Assembly: GCA_051362555.1 (NCBI GenBank)
Contig: CM120645.1
Coordinates: 20,088,001-20,152,000 of the forward strand
Source of the DNA: Lingula anatina
Lineage: Eukaryota > Animalia > Brachiopoda
DNA: 64,000 bases
Direction of reading: 5' to 3'
In this document: piece after piece, positions 1 to 15,100 of the stretch
Position numbering within the stretch: the first letter of the stretch is position 1
Layout: every line of letters starts with the position of its first letter
Position numbers and translations under genes: made by a program
Notes under the pieces: model-generated
Seen by the model: only the letters and a program-made list of their open reading frames with translations
Databases searched by the model: none
What the model was told of the DNA's origin: nothing

Positions 1-2030
1 GGCATTCCAAACGTTGTTTCATGACAGAATATGAATATTAGATTTTAAACATGAGCACTGTACTTGAAAATGTTTTTAATGTTACAACACAAAAGCCAAG
101 CTTGTTGGACTTGAAGAGAGAGAGAGAGGGGGAGGATTTATTTGAGCATTTGTCTTTAGGACTCAAATTGGGTCAGTTTCTTAAGACTCCAGTTGTTACA
201 TTGTCTATATGTACATTTGAACTGTTTGTACTTTGTATTTTAACATGCTGACTATTTAGTTTTTAGATTTGTACAGCTTTGTAGGTGGTTCTGTCATAAC
301 TCAAGATGTTCATTTTTGCTGAGGCTATATTTTAACCAGAAACATGCAAAGGTATTTTATTTTGTCTTCGCTGTTAACTGCCATTCCTTGCAGTTTTATT
401 TTGATGCTTTTGAGTTGTTTCCTAGTGTTAAAATGTTTAAAAAGTAGTAGAAGTAGTAGTAGCATACTGACGTTTGATAAAGGAAACTGAATTGTTGATA
501 ACATGTGCCACACGTTGTTTTGATGTTTTAGATATTTGACTGAAAAGTATCTTTGCTCTGCAAGCTAGTTAAAGGTACAATTTAATTGTATTCGTATTTT
601 AAAGTTGTAAATTTTTCCTTCCTGCGAGAAGACAAGTTGCCATCCTATGTATTCTGCAGAATTACTGCCACCTTGAGCACTGAATTGTCCTATTTGATAT
701 TTATTTCACCTTCAAATAGCTGAAAATGCTACACCATTTGTTATAAAACACTGTTAAAATAAATCTTAACACTAGCACACCAAGGTACATTTGGACACAC
801 GTCCAAACACCACAACTTCATTTCAGGGGTATTCTTATTTAGCAAAAACGCTCGGAATCACCCAATGTCCAACACCGTCACGCTCACTGTTGTTCCATCT
901 GGCACACTCTGCAGAATTGCTCACAGTTTTGACAAATTTATAAAACTATAATCACCTATCTTAGACGCGTAGTTGTCTGGTTCTATTTGTACATTGTATG
1001 TAGAGAAAAAACCCAATGTATGAAGGTCTAAAGTATTTTTACATTCCCGATGTAACTGTAGATCAGTCGATGGATGACGTTTATCTAAAATAAAATGTCA
1101 GAATTTATTTTGTTGTTCTGTTTACTAACAAGAGAAAACGGTTTATTAGCGTGCATATATTAATGTTTATTGCTCCCACCGAGTGCAATTCACTTGTGTT
1201 AGCGGCGACATCTTCGCAACTCTTGATATCCTATCCATTGTGTTTAATCTCGCATAACACGATTTGTAATGGTCTTTCTAGATCTTTCGTTGAACTTGAA
1301 TGCATTTACATAATAAATACCAAACATTTCTGATTACTAAACGGCACATTAGTACTTTTACAACTTATCTTATGCATTGATATACATAGAGTTAAAATGT
1401 TTGTTTTGGAATTTAAAAAATGCATGAAAAGTATACTTGAAAGAAATCTCAAAATGGCACTATTTGGCTGCTTGCAAATGAAAATTTGCTCTCCAATGGG
1501 TAATGCAACATGTCGTCCTGGAAACAGTTTTGTGTAAACGTCAATATCAATATTTACAAAAACAAGCTGCAAGAAAAACAAGTCTCTGGCAATCAAATCC
1601 TTCCACCTTTCAACAATTTTCGCCGTATGTTATCTCACAGGTTTACATAAATAATCTACCGACATACAACTCTTGTTTCCAGACGTTTATCTTTCAGCAT
1701 TCATTTAACAACTAGTCCCTTCCTATCTTTGGAAAAAGTAAGTGACCATTGGAACCGATTTGAGAGTTATCAGCATATACAGTAACCGAAGACCTGTCCT
1801 AATTCTCAACAGTATTTGTTACAGTGAAAAAGAAAATTACTAATCGTTTTCTTGACATTTATTGATACAAATGATCACGGTTTCATTTAACTGGTCTTCA
1901 ATCCAATATAATGCACAATCAGCGTATAAAACAAATCAATGGCTGTTTGCCAATTACACAAAAATTGAACCTGAACCCGAAGACCCAAGTGTTCACAATT
2001 GCAAAATAAAATGTAATCAGATTATAAACA

Positions 2031-5000
2031 TCACATAAGTTGGCATGTAGCACTCCGCCCTCTGATCGGTTCCCTTACAACGGTGCAATTATCATTACTG
2101 CTGCAGCAACCGTTTGGGCTGCTCTCCTGTGATTGTGACGTCTTGATTGACTCCTTGACGTCAAGCTGGGACTGTTGCGTCACAGGAACCGATGTGACGT
2201 CACTGTTACCATTAGCGCCACTTCCGCCTTTAACACTTGCTGCGGCGCTTTGTTCCGATGTTTGCTTCATAGATGGGGTGTCCTCGGGATCCAGACGCTG
2301 GTACTGAGCGTCCGACTCATCAACAACTAGGTCGGGTCTCTTCTCGTCTTTCCCGACCAGGAAGTGTGTGTGCATCACTCCTTTACCTTTGACGTTAAGG
2401 GCGCCTCGGGGCTGGAACTGGTAGCGACAGGCAGCGCCTTTCCTCATCAGTGCCCTGGGGCAAAGCGAAGTTTGAGACATTTAGTCAAATTGGTGTGCCA
2501 TTCAGGAAGTTTTAAATTAAATAGTATGAGGTTCAAGATCCAAACATATTTGAATACATTTAAATGAAATAGTAAGATTTATTCGTGGGAGAATTAGTAA
2601 AAAATATAAAAATGCATTTTCTGTCTGTTTCCATTTGAAACGCACAGACATATGATCAGAACGAAATTCAAGCATTTTACAGTGGTGGGATTGAGGGGTC
2701 AGGCCCATTCGGTTTCTGGGAAAAATCACACCAATATTCCTCTTTTGATAATAGAATTTAGAAGAGCTGAATAATGGTTCTTAACTGTATCAAACGGTAC
2801 CGTTGTCCTCCAAAACACCAAGATTTTTCCCACATCAGTGGGCCGAGGGTCGGCCTCACATCCGAAGCCTGTCATTCTTAAAAATCTGGACCCCCTTATC
2901 AAATAATCTTGGATCCGCCCCTGTTCTATGAAGTCATGGAACAGTCCATTCACTTAAGAATAAACACCTACACTGTAATTTTTTTCTGTTGTTGTAAATT
3001 ATATATGACAGTCATAGACTTCGCTCTTTTTAAGAACTGCACTGCTTAGCGTGGCACCCAAGTGGTATCATGAATAAATAGAAGACTGCAAATCACCTGT
3101 ATGTATCTGGACTGAGGTGTATTTTGCCAGGGATGCCATGACTCTCCATTCTGGAGGCGGTATTCACCGTGTCTCCAAATAAGCAATACCGGGGCATCTT
3201 CAGTCCCACCACGCCGGCCACCACGGGTCCACTGTGCATCCCGACACGGATCTGGGATAGAAAAATAAGAAAATGATATAAGAATATTAATGACCAGAGC
3301 TATCTCCTGATCTACTGAACAGGCCAACGTTGCCTCGGTATAAGGCCTTACCTAATAGGCTTCATATTTACGGCAGGTTATGGGTTGTACACGTGCATAC
3401 TACCATCGGAAATTTTATGCACCCCACCCCACCAGAAAATGTTATAACAGAAGGCAAGTTACTTTTTTTTCTCAAACTGATGACTCAGAAATAATATCCA
3501 AAGGTAAGTGGTCGGATTCCATTCAAAGATATACTAAATACCTTTCCTAGTTGGAGCAAGTACAGAAATCGCCATTACTTGACCACAGATTACGAACGCA
3601 CATGCATAGATTTGTGGTCATTGAAGTTCCCTGCGTCCATGAAAAAAGTGACCAACCTGCAGCGCTCGGCCAGTGGCCGGAGACTTGACCTCTGAGGCCG
3701 CCGTCACCATGTCCAACGCCTGGTCGCAGACACACTCGGCGTGGTCCTTGACCACTTCCGGAACTCCGGACACCACCATGTAAGCGTCCCCTATTGTCTC
3801 CACCTGCGATTGAGTAACAGGGAATAGGTGACACATATAAGTAAACAAAATGAAAGACATATCTATAAATAAGTATTAACATGCAATGATATACCGATTG
3901 ATGAAAATCTTCACGTGCGCAGTGGACATTAAGATTTTAAAGAATGCACTAATACAGATCTAGGACGCAATATTTCTTCCGAATACAGATATCGAAAACA
4001 AAAGACTATCTTGCAGTAATTAGTGACGTGCTTTTATATGCCAGATCAGTCAGAGTATTCGGCCTTATATTCTACGAGATAGGCACCAAGCATGTAAGGT
4101 CGAAAAGTGAGGAAAGTGCAAGATACACCTCATCTGAGTCTTTAGTTCTTGATGTCTGTCATTATCTAGATAATTATACACAGATGCAACCAATCTAATC
4201 AATCTAATCCAACATTCTTACTGACCTTGTAAACGTTGTTTTTAGTCGTTGAAGCATCAAACTTTGCATACAGATTGTTCAACATATGTACTATATCGAT
4301 AGGCTGGCAAGCTGCGGCGATGTTCGTGAAGGTAACTATGTCACTGAATAGGATGGTGACTTCATCGAATTTTTCTGGAAGTAAAGAAGCAATGGAAATG
4401 TAGCCTATATACAGTGTACTAGTATATTAACTCGCAAAAGATATAGAATTGGATTTCTTATATCTATGTAGAACAGCTGCAGTATCAAACTTTATGATCG
4501 CGTCTTACCGTAAACGACTACTGTTTAGTTGATGCACATACACACGAACAAACGCGAATGCACGTGTGCCCACGCACGCACTCGCGAGCAAAACAAACAA
4601 ACTCATTCGGATTCGAAAACATATCATACCTGCATCAACTGATTTTCCTTGCTTGAGTTGGTCTGCTACTTTCTTTGGCAACATTTGATGCAGGAGAAAC
4701 TCTGTCCTCTGTTTTTCTCTTTCGAGTGCCAGAGATGTGCGCTTTAGTTCAGCAGTGGTCTCGTCTAATTTTTTACTAAAGCATACAGTAAAAGGTAAAA
4801 CATTACAGACCTTGGAAAAAAATTAAAGTGTTTTAAGCTTTCTACTGCATATGTTAATCAACTTTATTTGGTGACTTGAAGCATTTGATGCAGGCTTCTC
4901 AACTATTTAGGTATATATTCGATCTTTCCTCTCCAGCACGTGGCCAGGCATAAAGCGGTCAATTTAAAGCCAGAAGTTTGGTTAAACAGCAGATACACTA

Positions 5001-7092
5001 AGACAAATCAAACACACAAGCAAAATATATCTACAAAGTAAATCTAATAGCAGTTATCTTGGCCCGAGTTTCAAGGGCAACGCAAGTCAACTCCTTCATT
5101 GTGAAGCACATTTTCATATTGACCCGCTCAATGACAGTCCAATGCAAATCTTATTGAAATGGAGATTCGAAAATAACGGGACACGTCTCAGATATGAATC
5201 TCAATGCAAAGTATCCTTACCTCACTTCAATTTCAGCCTCCCTCTGCTGATTGAGGAGAATCAACTCCCTAGTGACATCATAAATAGGAATGTCAGACAA
5301 ATAGAACTGCTTGTCCATTAACTCATTAAGGTTAGTAAGGCGTGGGGAACAGATGAACAGCATGGCGTCTAAGTTGAGGAGAACGATTTGGCCTGAAAAT
5401 AGAAACCAGGGATGTTTTAAAATGTAAGCCTCAACTTGGAACTTGGAACGCTTCAAACAAATCTCTGACTCAATTAGTCACAATTCAGGACTCAACTTTT
5501 GTGAAGAAAAAAAAAGGCAAATAGGCCTATTTCGCGTTGACTAAGAAAAGAATCCGAAAGACCACATTTAGTTGAAAAAAAATTAGGGACAGGTTGATAA
5601 AGAACAACTAACACAATTTATAAGGCAAAACTTGACACAATTTCAACTAACACATTCAACTTAGACGTTTCTCAAACACAAAATCACATGTTTAAAGCCG
5701 AGAACAGAATTATCTACCCTCACTTGTAAGCCCAGGTATGAATTTTAAATTTCTATTTTACAGTTTAAAGTCACCAGCCTTTGTTTAAATAATGCGGAAA
5801 AAACATTATACATAATACAGCAAAATACATCGTAATTTTGTCAACGGTTTTGGATAAGGGTTCTTCAATTGTTTTTAATACGGGAAGGTCAAGCGCTCAT
5901 TTTCTGTTTGCAAGGTACCTTTTAACGGCATTCTCGTCTGCTTGACCGAGAACACAAACACTGCATTAATGAACATCACGATGTTATCCCAAGTCATGTT
6001 GATAAGGGGATGTTCCAGGACGAAATTCTCCCGCAAACTGCTACCCGCTGCCCGAATTTCAGGGCACAGCCGCTGGATACCCGTGCCGCTCTGTAACACG
6101 CACAACTCACGGTCAAATATGATGTGAAAGGGAAAAGCGGTGCAGAAATTTCGAGGATCAATGTGAAGGGAGTCAGGGAAGTGAGGACTGAAGTCCTTTG
6201 ATTCCGCGATCACTGATGTCCCGTTTGTTGCCCCGTTAGGGGTGCTAGTCTCTTTGGCTGCGGTTGTTTTTGATGTTGTTGTTGTTGTTGTTGTTAAGGA
6301 GTTTTTGTTTTCCGTAACCCTGAAGATCACGTGGTCCTGAGCCGCCATGCCAACGTTGTTGGTGTTTGTTTGCTCTCCCAGCCGATCTATCACTTCTATA
6401 GTACAGTCGATGTTGAAAAGTTCTCTCCCCACTGCTTTAACAACACCTGAATAATAGATTTTTACAAATTTGAATAACTCATTAAAGGTATTCAATGCGC
6501 ATTAGGTACTTCGATAGCAATAACATTCGTTTTCCTTGAAATTTAACTTATTTCCCATCAATTCATTTACTCGGATTTTCACTTATTGATACGTGGAACT
6601 CGGTTGGTGTATCCTGGTAATAAAAGGAGTTGAAATTTCCAAGAAGATTGACATTTTGCTTTATAAAAGGCCTAACGGGCATGATATGTCACGTAAAAGT
6701 TCATGTGCACGCAAAAACACATACAAGATTATTTACGCCTATCTTGGTAGTTGACCGAAAGAAGATATACGTTATTGTATTACAGATCGACATAAAAAGG
6801 AAGGAAATGTTTTTGTAAATCTCTTTTCTCCGTTTTCTTGTCAATACGCTTACCTATCACGATGGGGTAGAGCCCCTTGCGAGGGGAGATGTAGTGTAAC
6901 GTGAGGGTGCCGTCTTCATTGCTCTCACACCTGAAAAGGTTTAGGCTTGAGCTTAGTTCATTTACTTTTCGCGTAAGGTTTTTACCTCACATACGCACAT
7001 TCAGACATGCACACACAAATACAAGCACATACACACACAAACGCACACACAAGTACACAATATGAATGAACGCACCAGCACAGTAACGCGCG

Positions 7093-7127
<35 letters not shown>

Positions 7128-9073
7128 CTTGGAGAATGAGAAAAAAAGGTCAAATGAGCAATCTGCATTACATGCAGTTGGATGAACATTTGCCATTGAA
7201 AGAGAGAGAGAGAGAGAAAGAGAAAACCTCATCTGGTTCCGCGTTTCTTTGGCTGACCTCTCGCGCACAAGGATCAAAATGCAGTCGAGCCAGTCCTTGC
7301 CCTACAAACCCGCCTTAGGGCTTATTTTTCATCAGTGAGAAAATAACGCCCAGGAAATTTGATGGTTCATCTGTACATTGATGTATCTTGTTAACACCTT
7401 GGGCACTCTACAAGGAATGATTATAGCGCTAGTGTCGACGGCATCAAGTGGGCAGTTTATTGACAACGTGCAGGAAAACCGCCAATTTGTTCTTTCCATT
7501 TTCACAGCTCCAAGTCATAAACCAATCACCGATGATGAACACTTGTGTTATTGAATTGCCATTTTACCATTAGACCCAATGTAAGGTGTAATGAATGCAG
7601 CCAGGAGGAAAATTTAATTTGGGACAAAAAAGAAATCACCGTTTCGGAACAGACTTTTGAGGGCAATGAAAACGCCACGGAAGTGCAAAGTGTAAACATC
7701 ATCCAGACAAACAGGGCATCAATTTCGCGGCCCGTCGACATCCTTTATACATGTGAAACAATAGGCAAGAGAATGACTATCAACCCCACGGAGGCATCCC
7801 CCCCAAAAAACAATACTTATTCAAAATAATAAATAAATGAATAAATAAATAAATAAATAAATAGATAAATGAATAAATAAATATACACGTTTACGTAGGT
7901 GAACTAAGGTAACCATCAATTGAATGTAACGGCATTAAAAGAAGAGTAAAGTAAAAGTAAATCATGGATGTGAGACGAGAAGATCGACCACTGCTAGAAC
8001 TGAGGGTGTCAGATGAGACGATCATAAAGACGGGCTCGAAAGAGATAGACGGCGGTGTCCATTAGACGGACACCACCTTACCAAAAGAAAAGAGGAAGGC
8101 CAAAAGCAACCTGGGCCCCGTATCTCGAAAGCATCGCACATTGCGGTCGTACGCAAGCGTCTCGATTCCATAACTCGCCCATACTCGTCCCATATAATAC
8201 ACTGTAGCCTCTATTTGATATAGCTATTCGCAAGACGCGATGCTTTCGAGATACGGGGCCTGGTTCAGAACACTGATGAATTGGATGAGACGGGTCTTTC
8301 GTTGGACGAGGTTCTGGTAAAAGCAAGAGACAGGGCTGAAGGGCATAGGGTTATTGTGACTGTGTCTCCCTCTCGACATAAAGAGAAAAACCAACTAAAT
8401 GAAAAGGAACTTCAGTTTAAGTAAACCTCCCATGACCTTTGGCAAACATACTGTACATTGATGTCTGATTGTTATCGGATAGTTTCAAGTCAATATTGAA
8501 AGATATTGTTTTCCAATTTCCATTTTTTGGGTATTTTGTCAAACTTTTGACGTTGTGTCATTTATATAAGTCTTTTATTAGTTTTAACTAATATTATTAA
8601 AATAATAAATATATTTTTACAACTGAAGCACCAGTATGAACTGGTATAATTGTAGGGAATTATTATGAGCAGAAAAGAGACACAAAAAAAAAAGAGACAC
8701 AAAAAAAAGATGATTGGTTATGTTTAAGATTAAGCTTTATACTTATTTACTTATTTATTCATGTATTTTCAAAATGACCATCTCATGGGAGTTTGGAGCC
8801 CACTAGACGAAGATAAGGGGGCATCTGAGCACGTCGTTTACCTGAACGACGGGGCCTCAATGTTCCTGTAAGTTAACGCCAGCAGAGAGTGCAAGGGGTC
8901 CAAATTTTGAATGAAATCCTTGAGATTTCCCCCGAGTGTGCGTAACATTTTGTCATAGCCATGTTGAAAACAATAGGTGAAGAAATACTCTCCAAATAGT
9001 TCAAGGACGGCCGGTACAGGGACGCCTGAAATGAAGCAAGTAATAGAATTATTACGGATATATTATTGGGAAC

Positions 9074-9128
<55 letters not shown>

Positions 9129-9130
9129 CA

Positions 9131-9177
<47 letters not shown>

Positions 9178-12100
9178 AGTTACGAGTACTAGCGCATATT
9201 ACAATGATTATACCAACATTTTTTCGTAAGTACAAAACTAGACTAATCCTTGCTTGATCTAAATTCCGTAACGCAAAGCTTGCGGTGTGAAGGTCATGGT
9301 ACCAAACCTACTGGGGTACCAATTCCAAGATATATCACTACAAGGTTTTACTTTATACTCATTACAATATCAAGTGTGTTATTCATTTTAAACTTCGAGC
9401 AGATGATGTTGTATGCTATTTACTGGATTGCCAAGTAAAGTCTATAAGATTTAGTAATTATATAGTACGATTTCAGCTGAGGGAACAATCCATTTTCTTG
9501 TAGAAACACAGTTGTTTAAAGAACATATTTGTACACCACGCCGAGAAAACTATCGACTTTTTATTTGCAGTTGTAAAAATCGATGTAGCGTTCTAAGTAG
9601 GAGCTAATGAATTCAATTTGCGCTAAATATCTCATAGTTTCCCAGACTGTGATGGTGAAGGCGGCATCGTTATTTTTACTACACAGGCAGACGGACTTGA
9701 CGGGAGAGACGCAGATCTTCCAAAGCCATGACCGCCATGTGGCGTCGAAAAGCGTGTCTGCGAGAAAATTATTCAACCTTTTTCTCTAATTATATACATG
9801 CACTTTTATCTGGTAAATGTTAGAAAAAAAAGATGAACTTAAAGATATTGAACCGGTATTGACAAGTTAAGGCCGCTTTTATTTATGCCAGCGTGACAAG
9901 AATTGATAGTCCCCTGGCAACCGTAGTCCACTTCCAATTACTTTGTACAGGTGGCATTCGTCTTACATACTAACCTCATGAATACTAATAACCCTAACGT
10001 GTACTAATCATATTGGACCCCGGACTTCATTCCTAGTACTATTATTTCTGTCACAACTGGCCCAATAACATTGACCAACTGACCATGTAATCATAAAGGT
10101 AATCAGAAATTACTGATAAGAGTGCTTAACTATGGCGTGACCTAAATAAATGGTAACCAGTTGTGCACTGAGGGATTTTTCGAGTTTTTAAAAAAATATT
10201 TTATGGTACTTTCGCCCCCCACCCAACCTCCGTCTTTATCTCGGCGCATCGTATTGTGTGTTGCAGCCATAACGGGATCCGCCATTTGACAAAAACTTGC
10301 CACCAAAATGATATATTGAAAGAAACATCTACCGGTACCTATTACGGCCATTAAAGCAGATGAAGTCTTACCCAATATTTCTGAGACAGATACAATAAGA
10401 CCGACCGTTCTTTCGTCGGAGTAGTAGTGAAATACCAAAAAGTCGTCGATGTCATCACACCCGGCCTTGGCACTGCAAAAAAGAAATATTTTATAGTAAG
10501 ACAGAGTTCTGAGTGTCCAAGACTGAAAAAGCATACAGGATATCAATTTCCACATAAAAAAAAAGAAAAAAACAAATCTGAATGAGAATCCTCCGTCACT
10601 GTCAAGAAAAAGGTGAGAATGCCATAAAAATACATAGCTTACAACACCATTTTTCAAAGCTGAAGTTGATACGAGATTAATTTCATTATTGTAATGAATG
10701 AGACTTAATTACAGCTGGGAGGTCTCTGATTCATATATTGTCTGTGAATTCAAAGTTTTTACAAATTGACAAATATTTTACGTTTCTATAATGCGCTATT
10801 TATAGTGACACATAGGCAAAGCAGAGCAGGCAGTCACTGCAACCAGCGTTCAAGCAACTGCTCGGCAGTGATATGCAGTACTTCTGTGTTGCAGTCAAAA
10901 TACCATTAATCAACCTACATCTTTATAGTAAAAAGAATGTGAGAAATCACCTAATTTCATTAGCTGCCATACAGCGGAGAAACTTAATCTATGTCAAATG
11001 TAATTATTAGCTATGTTTCTCAACGCTTCCGATAAGAAATTTTGAATGGTCGTGTCACAAGATCTGTGACAGACTAAGTAATGGAAGATTTACTAAAAAT
11101 TGGCAATACGTTTTTTCTTATCTGCGCCTTTGATATTTGTAATTGGATGCTGTAATACATGCTTATTTTTTTTAAGTCAGTAAGTTGTAAACAATTCTGC
11201 ACCCGCCTTTGGGTTTGTCATATCGGCAGTATTCAGTTAAGTCGTGCAAAAACACCCAAAATTAATTCAAAAAGAAGGGAAAAACGTTATATAAGCCACA
11301 ACCTCTATTTTATGGCTACGATAAGTTGATAAATGCATACAAATAAAAAAAATCTCATCAAGCAAGGTAGCGTCTTAGTCACCAAGGTTACCACAAATTC
11401 AGTAAACTCCAACTATCCCAATGAAGAACTAACACGAAAAAAGATGCAAATATAAGGAAGTAATCAACTAAAACGACAGTACCGTCGAGGCCTAATGCAA
11501 AGATAGCATTACGCGATAGAATCTAATCCCTTGAAGAGTGACTAATTGCTTTAGTTGTCATTTTGTTAACGTGATATCTATACGTTTAAATAAATCATTA
11601 GGCGCGAGAACGTGCCGGTGGGGAGCCGTTGTAATGAAGTTTATTCAGAAGCCTGGTGAGAGAATAAACGCTAAACCTGCAATGTTTTGGCAGCCATAAT
11701 GCAGACTATGGTTTGTGTAACACGGCACTTTTTCTTTTAGCGCTGTTTTCGTGGTGCTAATCATATTTTTTTGTAAATAAAATACTTGAGTTTAGCCTCG
11801 ATTTCGCCACAGCAGGTCACAGGGGAGAGGCGCTCCTGCTTTTTTTATATTGATCTACACCAACGCATCCTTCCAGGGAAAAAGGAAAGAAGAGAGACTA
11901 AACCAAGTATTTTTCCATACCTGTGTCCTACATATTTACCCTTTAACATTGAGCGGGCATTTAAGGATATTGTAAGCCTTTATTATAATCAAGATACCGA
12001 AAATGAGTTTTTCCTGCATCTAATTATTCTATAATGCATCTATCTTTGTGCTGATTTTAAACAATGAAAAAACCTCAAAAATATAAAATATCGGCTTTTA

Positions 12101-15100
12101 TATTTTTCGTTGCAATGTATAAGCATAGGCAACTCAAAGCTCTAATCGTCAATTTAACACCTTTCTATTTTAAGGTGAGATAGCAATCGGTATGGGGCGT
12201 GACTTCATTCCTGAACAACTTTTATTGCGAAAATTGTTGGCTGCAAGTGTATAATCCTGTGTATAATCCCGTACCGTCATTTTGGTTTAAATGTTTTTGT
12301 TATGGAGTTATGAGCCACTAATTACAGATTTTCATTATACAAAAGCATTATTTTGCTTTATCAACGATAAAATCTAAACTAAGACTTTTAAGAAAAATCA
12401 CTGGCGGGGTTTTGGAGTACTAAAAGTACTAAATAGTGTCATTAAATCGGGTTTAAAACGGTGATCGTGTGTGCTCAGGAAAAGGAGAAATTTCAGAAAG
12501 CAATTTTTCAGTTTTACCTGTACCCCCAAATCGCAATTATGACGTCACCCGTAAGATGACATGTGTGTAAATGTTAATTAATTTAGTCACTGAACACTGA
12601 AGATTTATATATGTACCCAAAAGAATGTATGCAAGGCATTAAATAAGGAGTTTTGGGCGAAGGGGGACAATATCCTTAACTGTATTTGTCCACTTTGGCA
12701 GAGCCTAACATGTTACCTGTATTACGCTATAGGAAGTGTAAGTCCTGTTCACAATGTTTGAGCATTTTCCAGTGTCATATTTTTTATGGCTACGTATCCC
12801 GCAAAGCTACTGAAAAAAATCAAATCAGACCTATATAATATCTATGTAGGCTAAAGGTACCTGACATTGATGATTCCTCTTGAAAAATAAAGAAAGACAT
12901 TGCTGTCCCGTCATTTAGAAGTGGATAACTGAACAAAAATTGAATGATTAAAATAGCGAAGAATTTTCATCAATTTTAAAGCACTTCAGGTCATTTCATT
13001 GCTCTAATTCAAGTATTTTTTTACCTAATATGTTTCATACACATGTAACCTTTGACAGTCCTCACTGTAAACATGAACATATTAAAGAATACAACCTGCT
13101 AGAAAAACGAGCATTGTGACTGAAAAAAGAAAGCAAGTCAACACTTGAGTTCTAAATATTGCATCGCTACTCTATCACTTCCTTGTCAAGCATTCGCACC
13201 ACAACGTCTCAGATGACTCTTAATAGAATTCTACCATTTCAAAAACGACCCGCTGGGTCCAATGCTTAAAACCAAAGTGGTGTATTAAGCGTCACGAACG
13301 CTGTTTTACTCTGCGGGCCACTAAGGTGAATGGGGCTGATTAGCTGACTATTGACGAACTACACGCTGTGGTCTGGGGCCAGTTCAACAAAAGAACTTAA
13401 GCCCGATTTTGGGTCTAAAGTTTTAGACAGAATTTTGGTCGACTTCCGTTCAAGTCAAACCCATAGCAGTTTATTTAGGGGTAAAGTATTATGAGGTCTA
13501 AACAATGACCACGTCTTTTTTTTGTTGAACAACAGGTGCAATGTTTCAGTGTACAACATGTGGTTCTACATGTACACTTGGGCAATGTAGGCTTAAATTT
13601 AGATCTACAACTTGTAACCAATTCTCGGACTAAATTTCTTTTGTGAAAAAGGTCGCTTGTGTGATTTATGGTGCACATTAAATGAAGGATAAGTTACCTT
13701 AAGTATTCTAAAGTGTACAAAAATACTTATCACACCCTTATGGCTATCATTCTATTAAGACTATTATATTTTTTAGTCATTCTAGTCATTTTAGACTTTC
13801 TTTTCATTCTTACACGTTCAAGTCATTCTTAGAAGTTTAACTATGTCCTACTTGTATCATGACACATTTGGATTTGAGAGAGAGAGAGAGAGAAAGCTAT
13901 TTAGCTGTACCAAACACAAATCAAGCAATTCACAGTTTCGCAAAGATTGCTTTATATCCCTGTAAATTAATTAAGATAAACCTGATCCTTCGCCTTATCT
14001 GAGAAATTCAGACTTCGTTAGCATTACTGGAAGTCAAATTGTCTTTATTTCATCTACCCAATTCAAAACCTCTTCCTTCCTTAATTAATTACACCAATTT
14101 TACGTGAATGGTGACAAATGAATACACTTATCGTGGATAAAAAGTTTGTCTCAGGTTACCCTTTTCAAGAGTACGGGGTTGTATTCGCTCATTGAAATCG
14201 ATCTAAAAAAAACTCAATAATAATCAAAATGAACAAGTTTTGTTGCTGTATACATGTAGCTATCGGAACGTTTAATTTGACTCGGTGCTCGTCGATATCT
14301 ACCCATGTAAAAAAGTCTTTAAAAAAACCCCGGAAGTTGGCTTTAACTTTTGTCATTTCCAATTCTGTGAAAATCTGTAGCCGTCTTCAAAAATAGAGTG
14401 ACTACCGGCCTTAGCCTACTGGCGTCATTTATTTCTTGTTGTAAAACAAAGGAAATATCTCGCCTGATTGGGCTTTTCTTGGACGTCTGTTTGGGTAGAG
14501 TAGACTACAGTTTTGGTCCAAAATATAATACCACCTTCGGTCCTTAGTTTTTTCTGTTTGAAATGGGATTTGATCTAAATCTAAATTTGCACAATTGTTA
14601 TTCTTTTTATAAAATGACGGAACAAATACAATCTATTTAATAAAAGTGAAGGCTTTTGAGTTGCGGTTATTCCATTTTCTTCTTTGAAGCAGTGTTGGTG
14701 GTGATTTGCGTGTAGGCCTATTTGATGCACGGGTACTTTAAAAATGTCGATAAAGATACATGGACCAAGAGCAAAGTGACACACCGGTGACAAATGGGTG
14801 ATTGTTTCTGTCACTGAATTGATAAATACTGGTGACACTGGGGCAATGCAATACGACACAACGGATATATAGATGACGCTGAAATGACAGTGAAATAATG
14901 GTATTGAGATGTGAAATGATATTAAAATGACACCAGAGAGAAGGGGGCACAATGTGGGCATGGAGTGATATCACAAACTGGTGACACAGATATGACATCA
15001 GAAAACACGAGGCTGACACAAGTGCCTTCCAAATGACACTATTCCAGCTGTTGTCTGACTTAAGAGGCCAAGAAGGAGGCTTTAAGAGGACACGTGGAAA

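Noticed and set aside
1-800. Possible 3' UTR of a neighbouring plus-strand gene (T-rich, AATAAA near 758)
   Set aside because: No coding exon in the window to anchor it.
8873-9235. ORFs with poly-N, poly-Y, poly-I or CV repeats (also near 7000, 35100, 44250, 58850)
   Set aside because: Translations of microsatellites.
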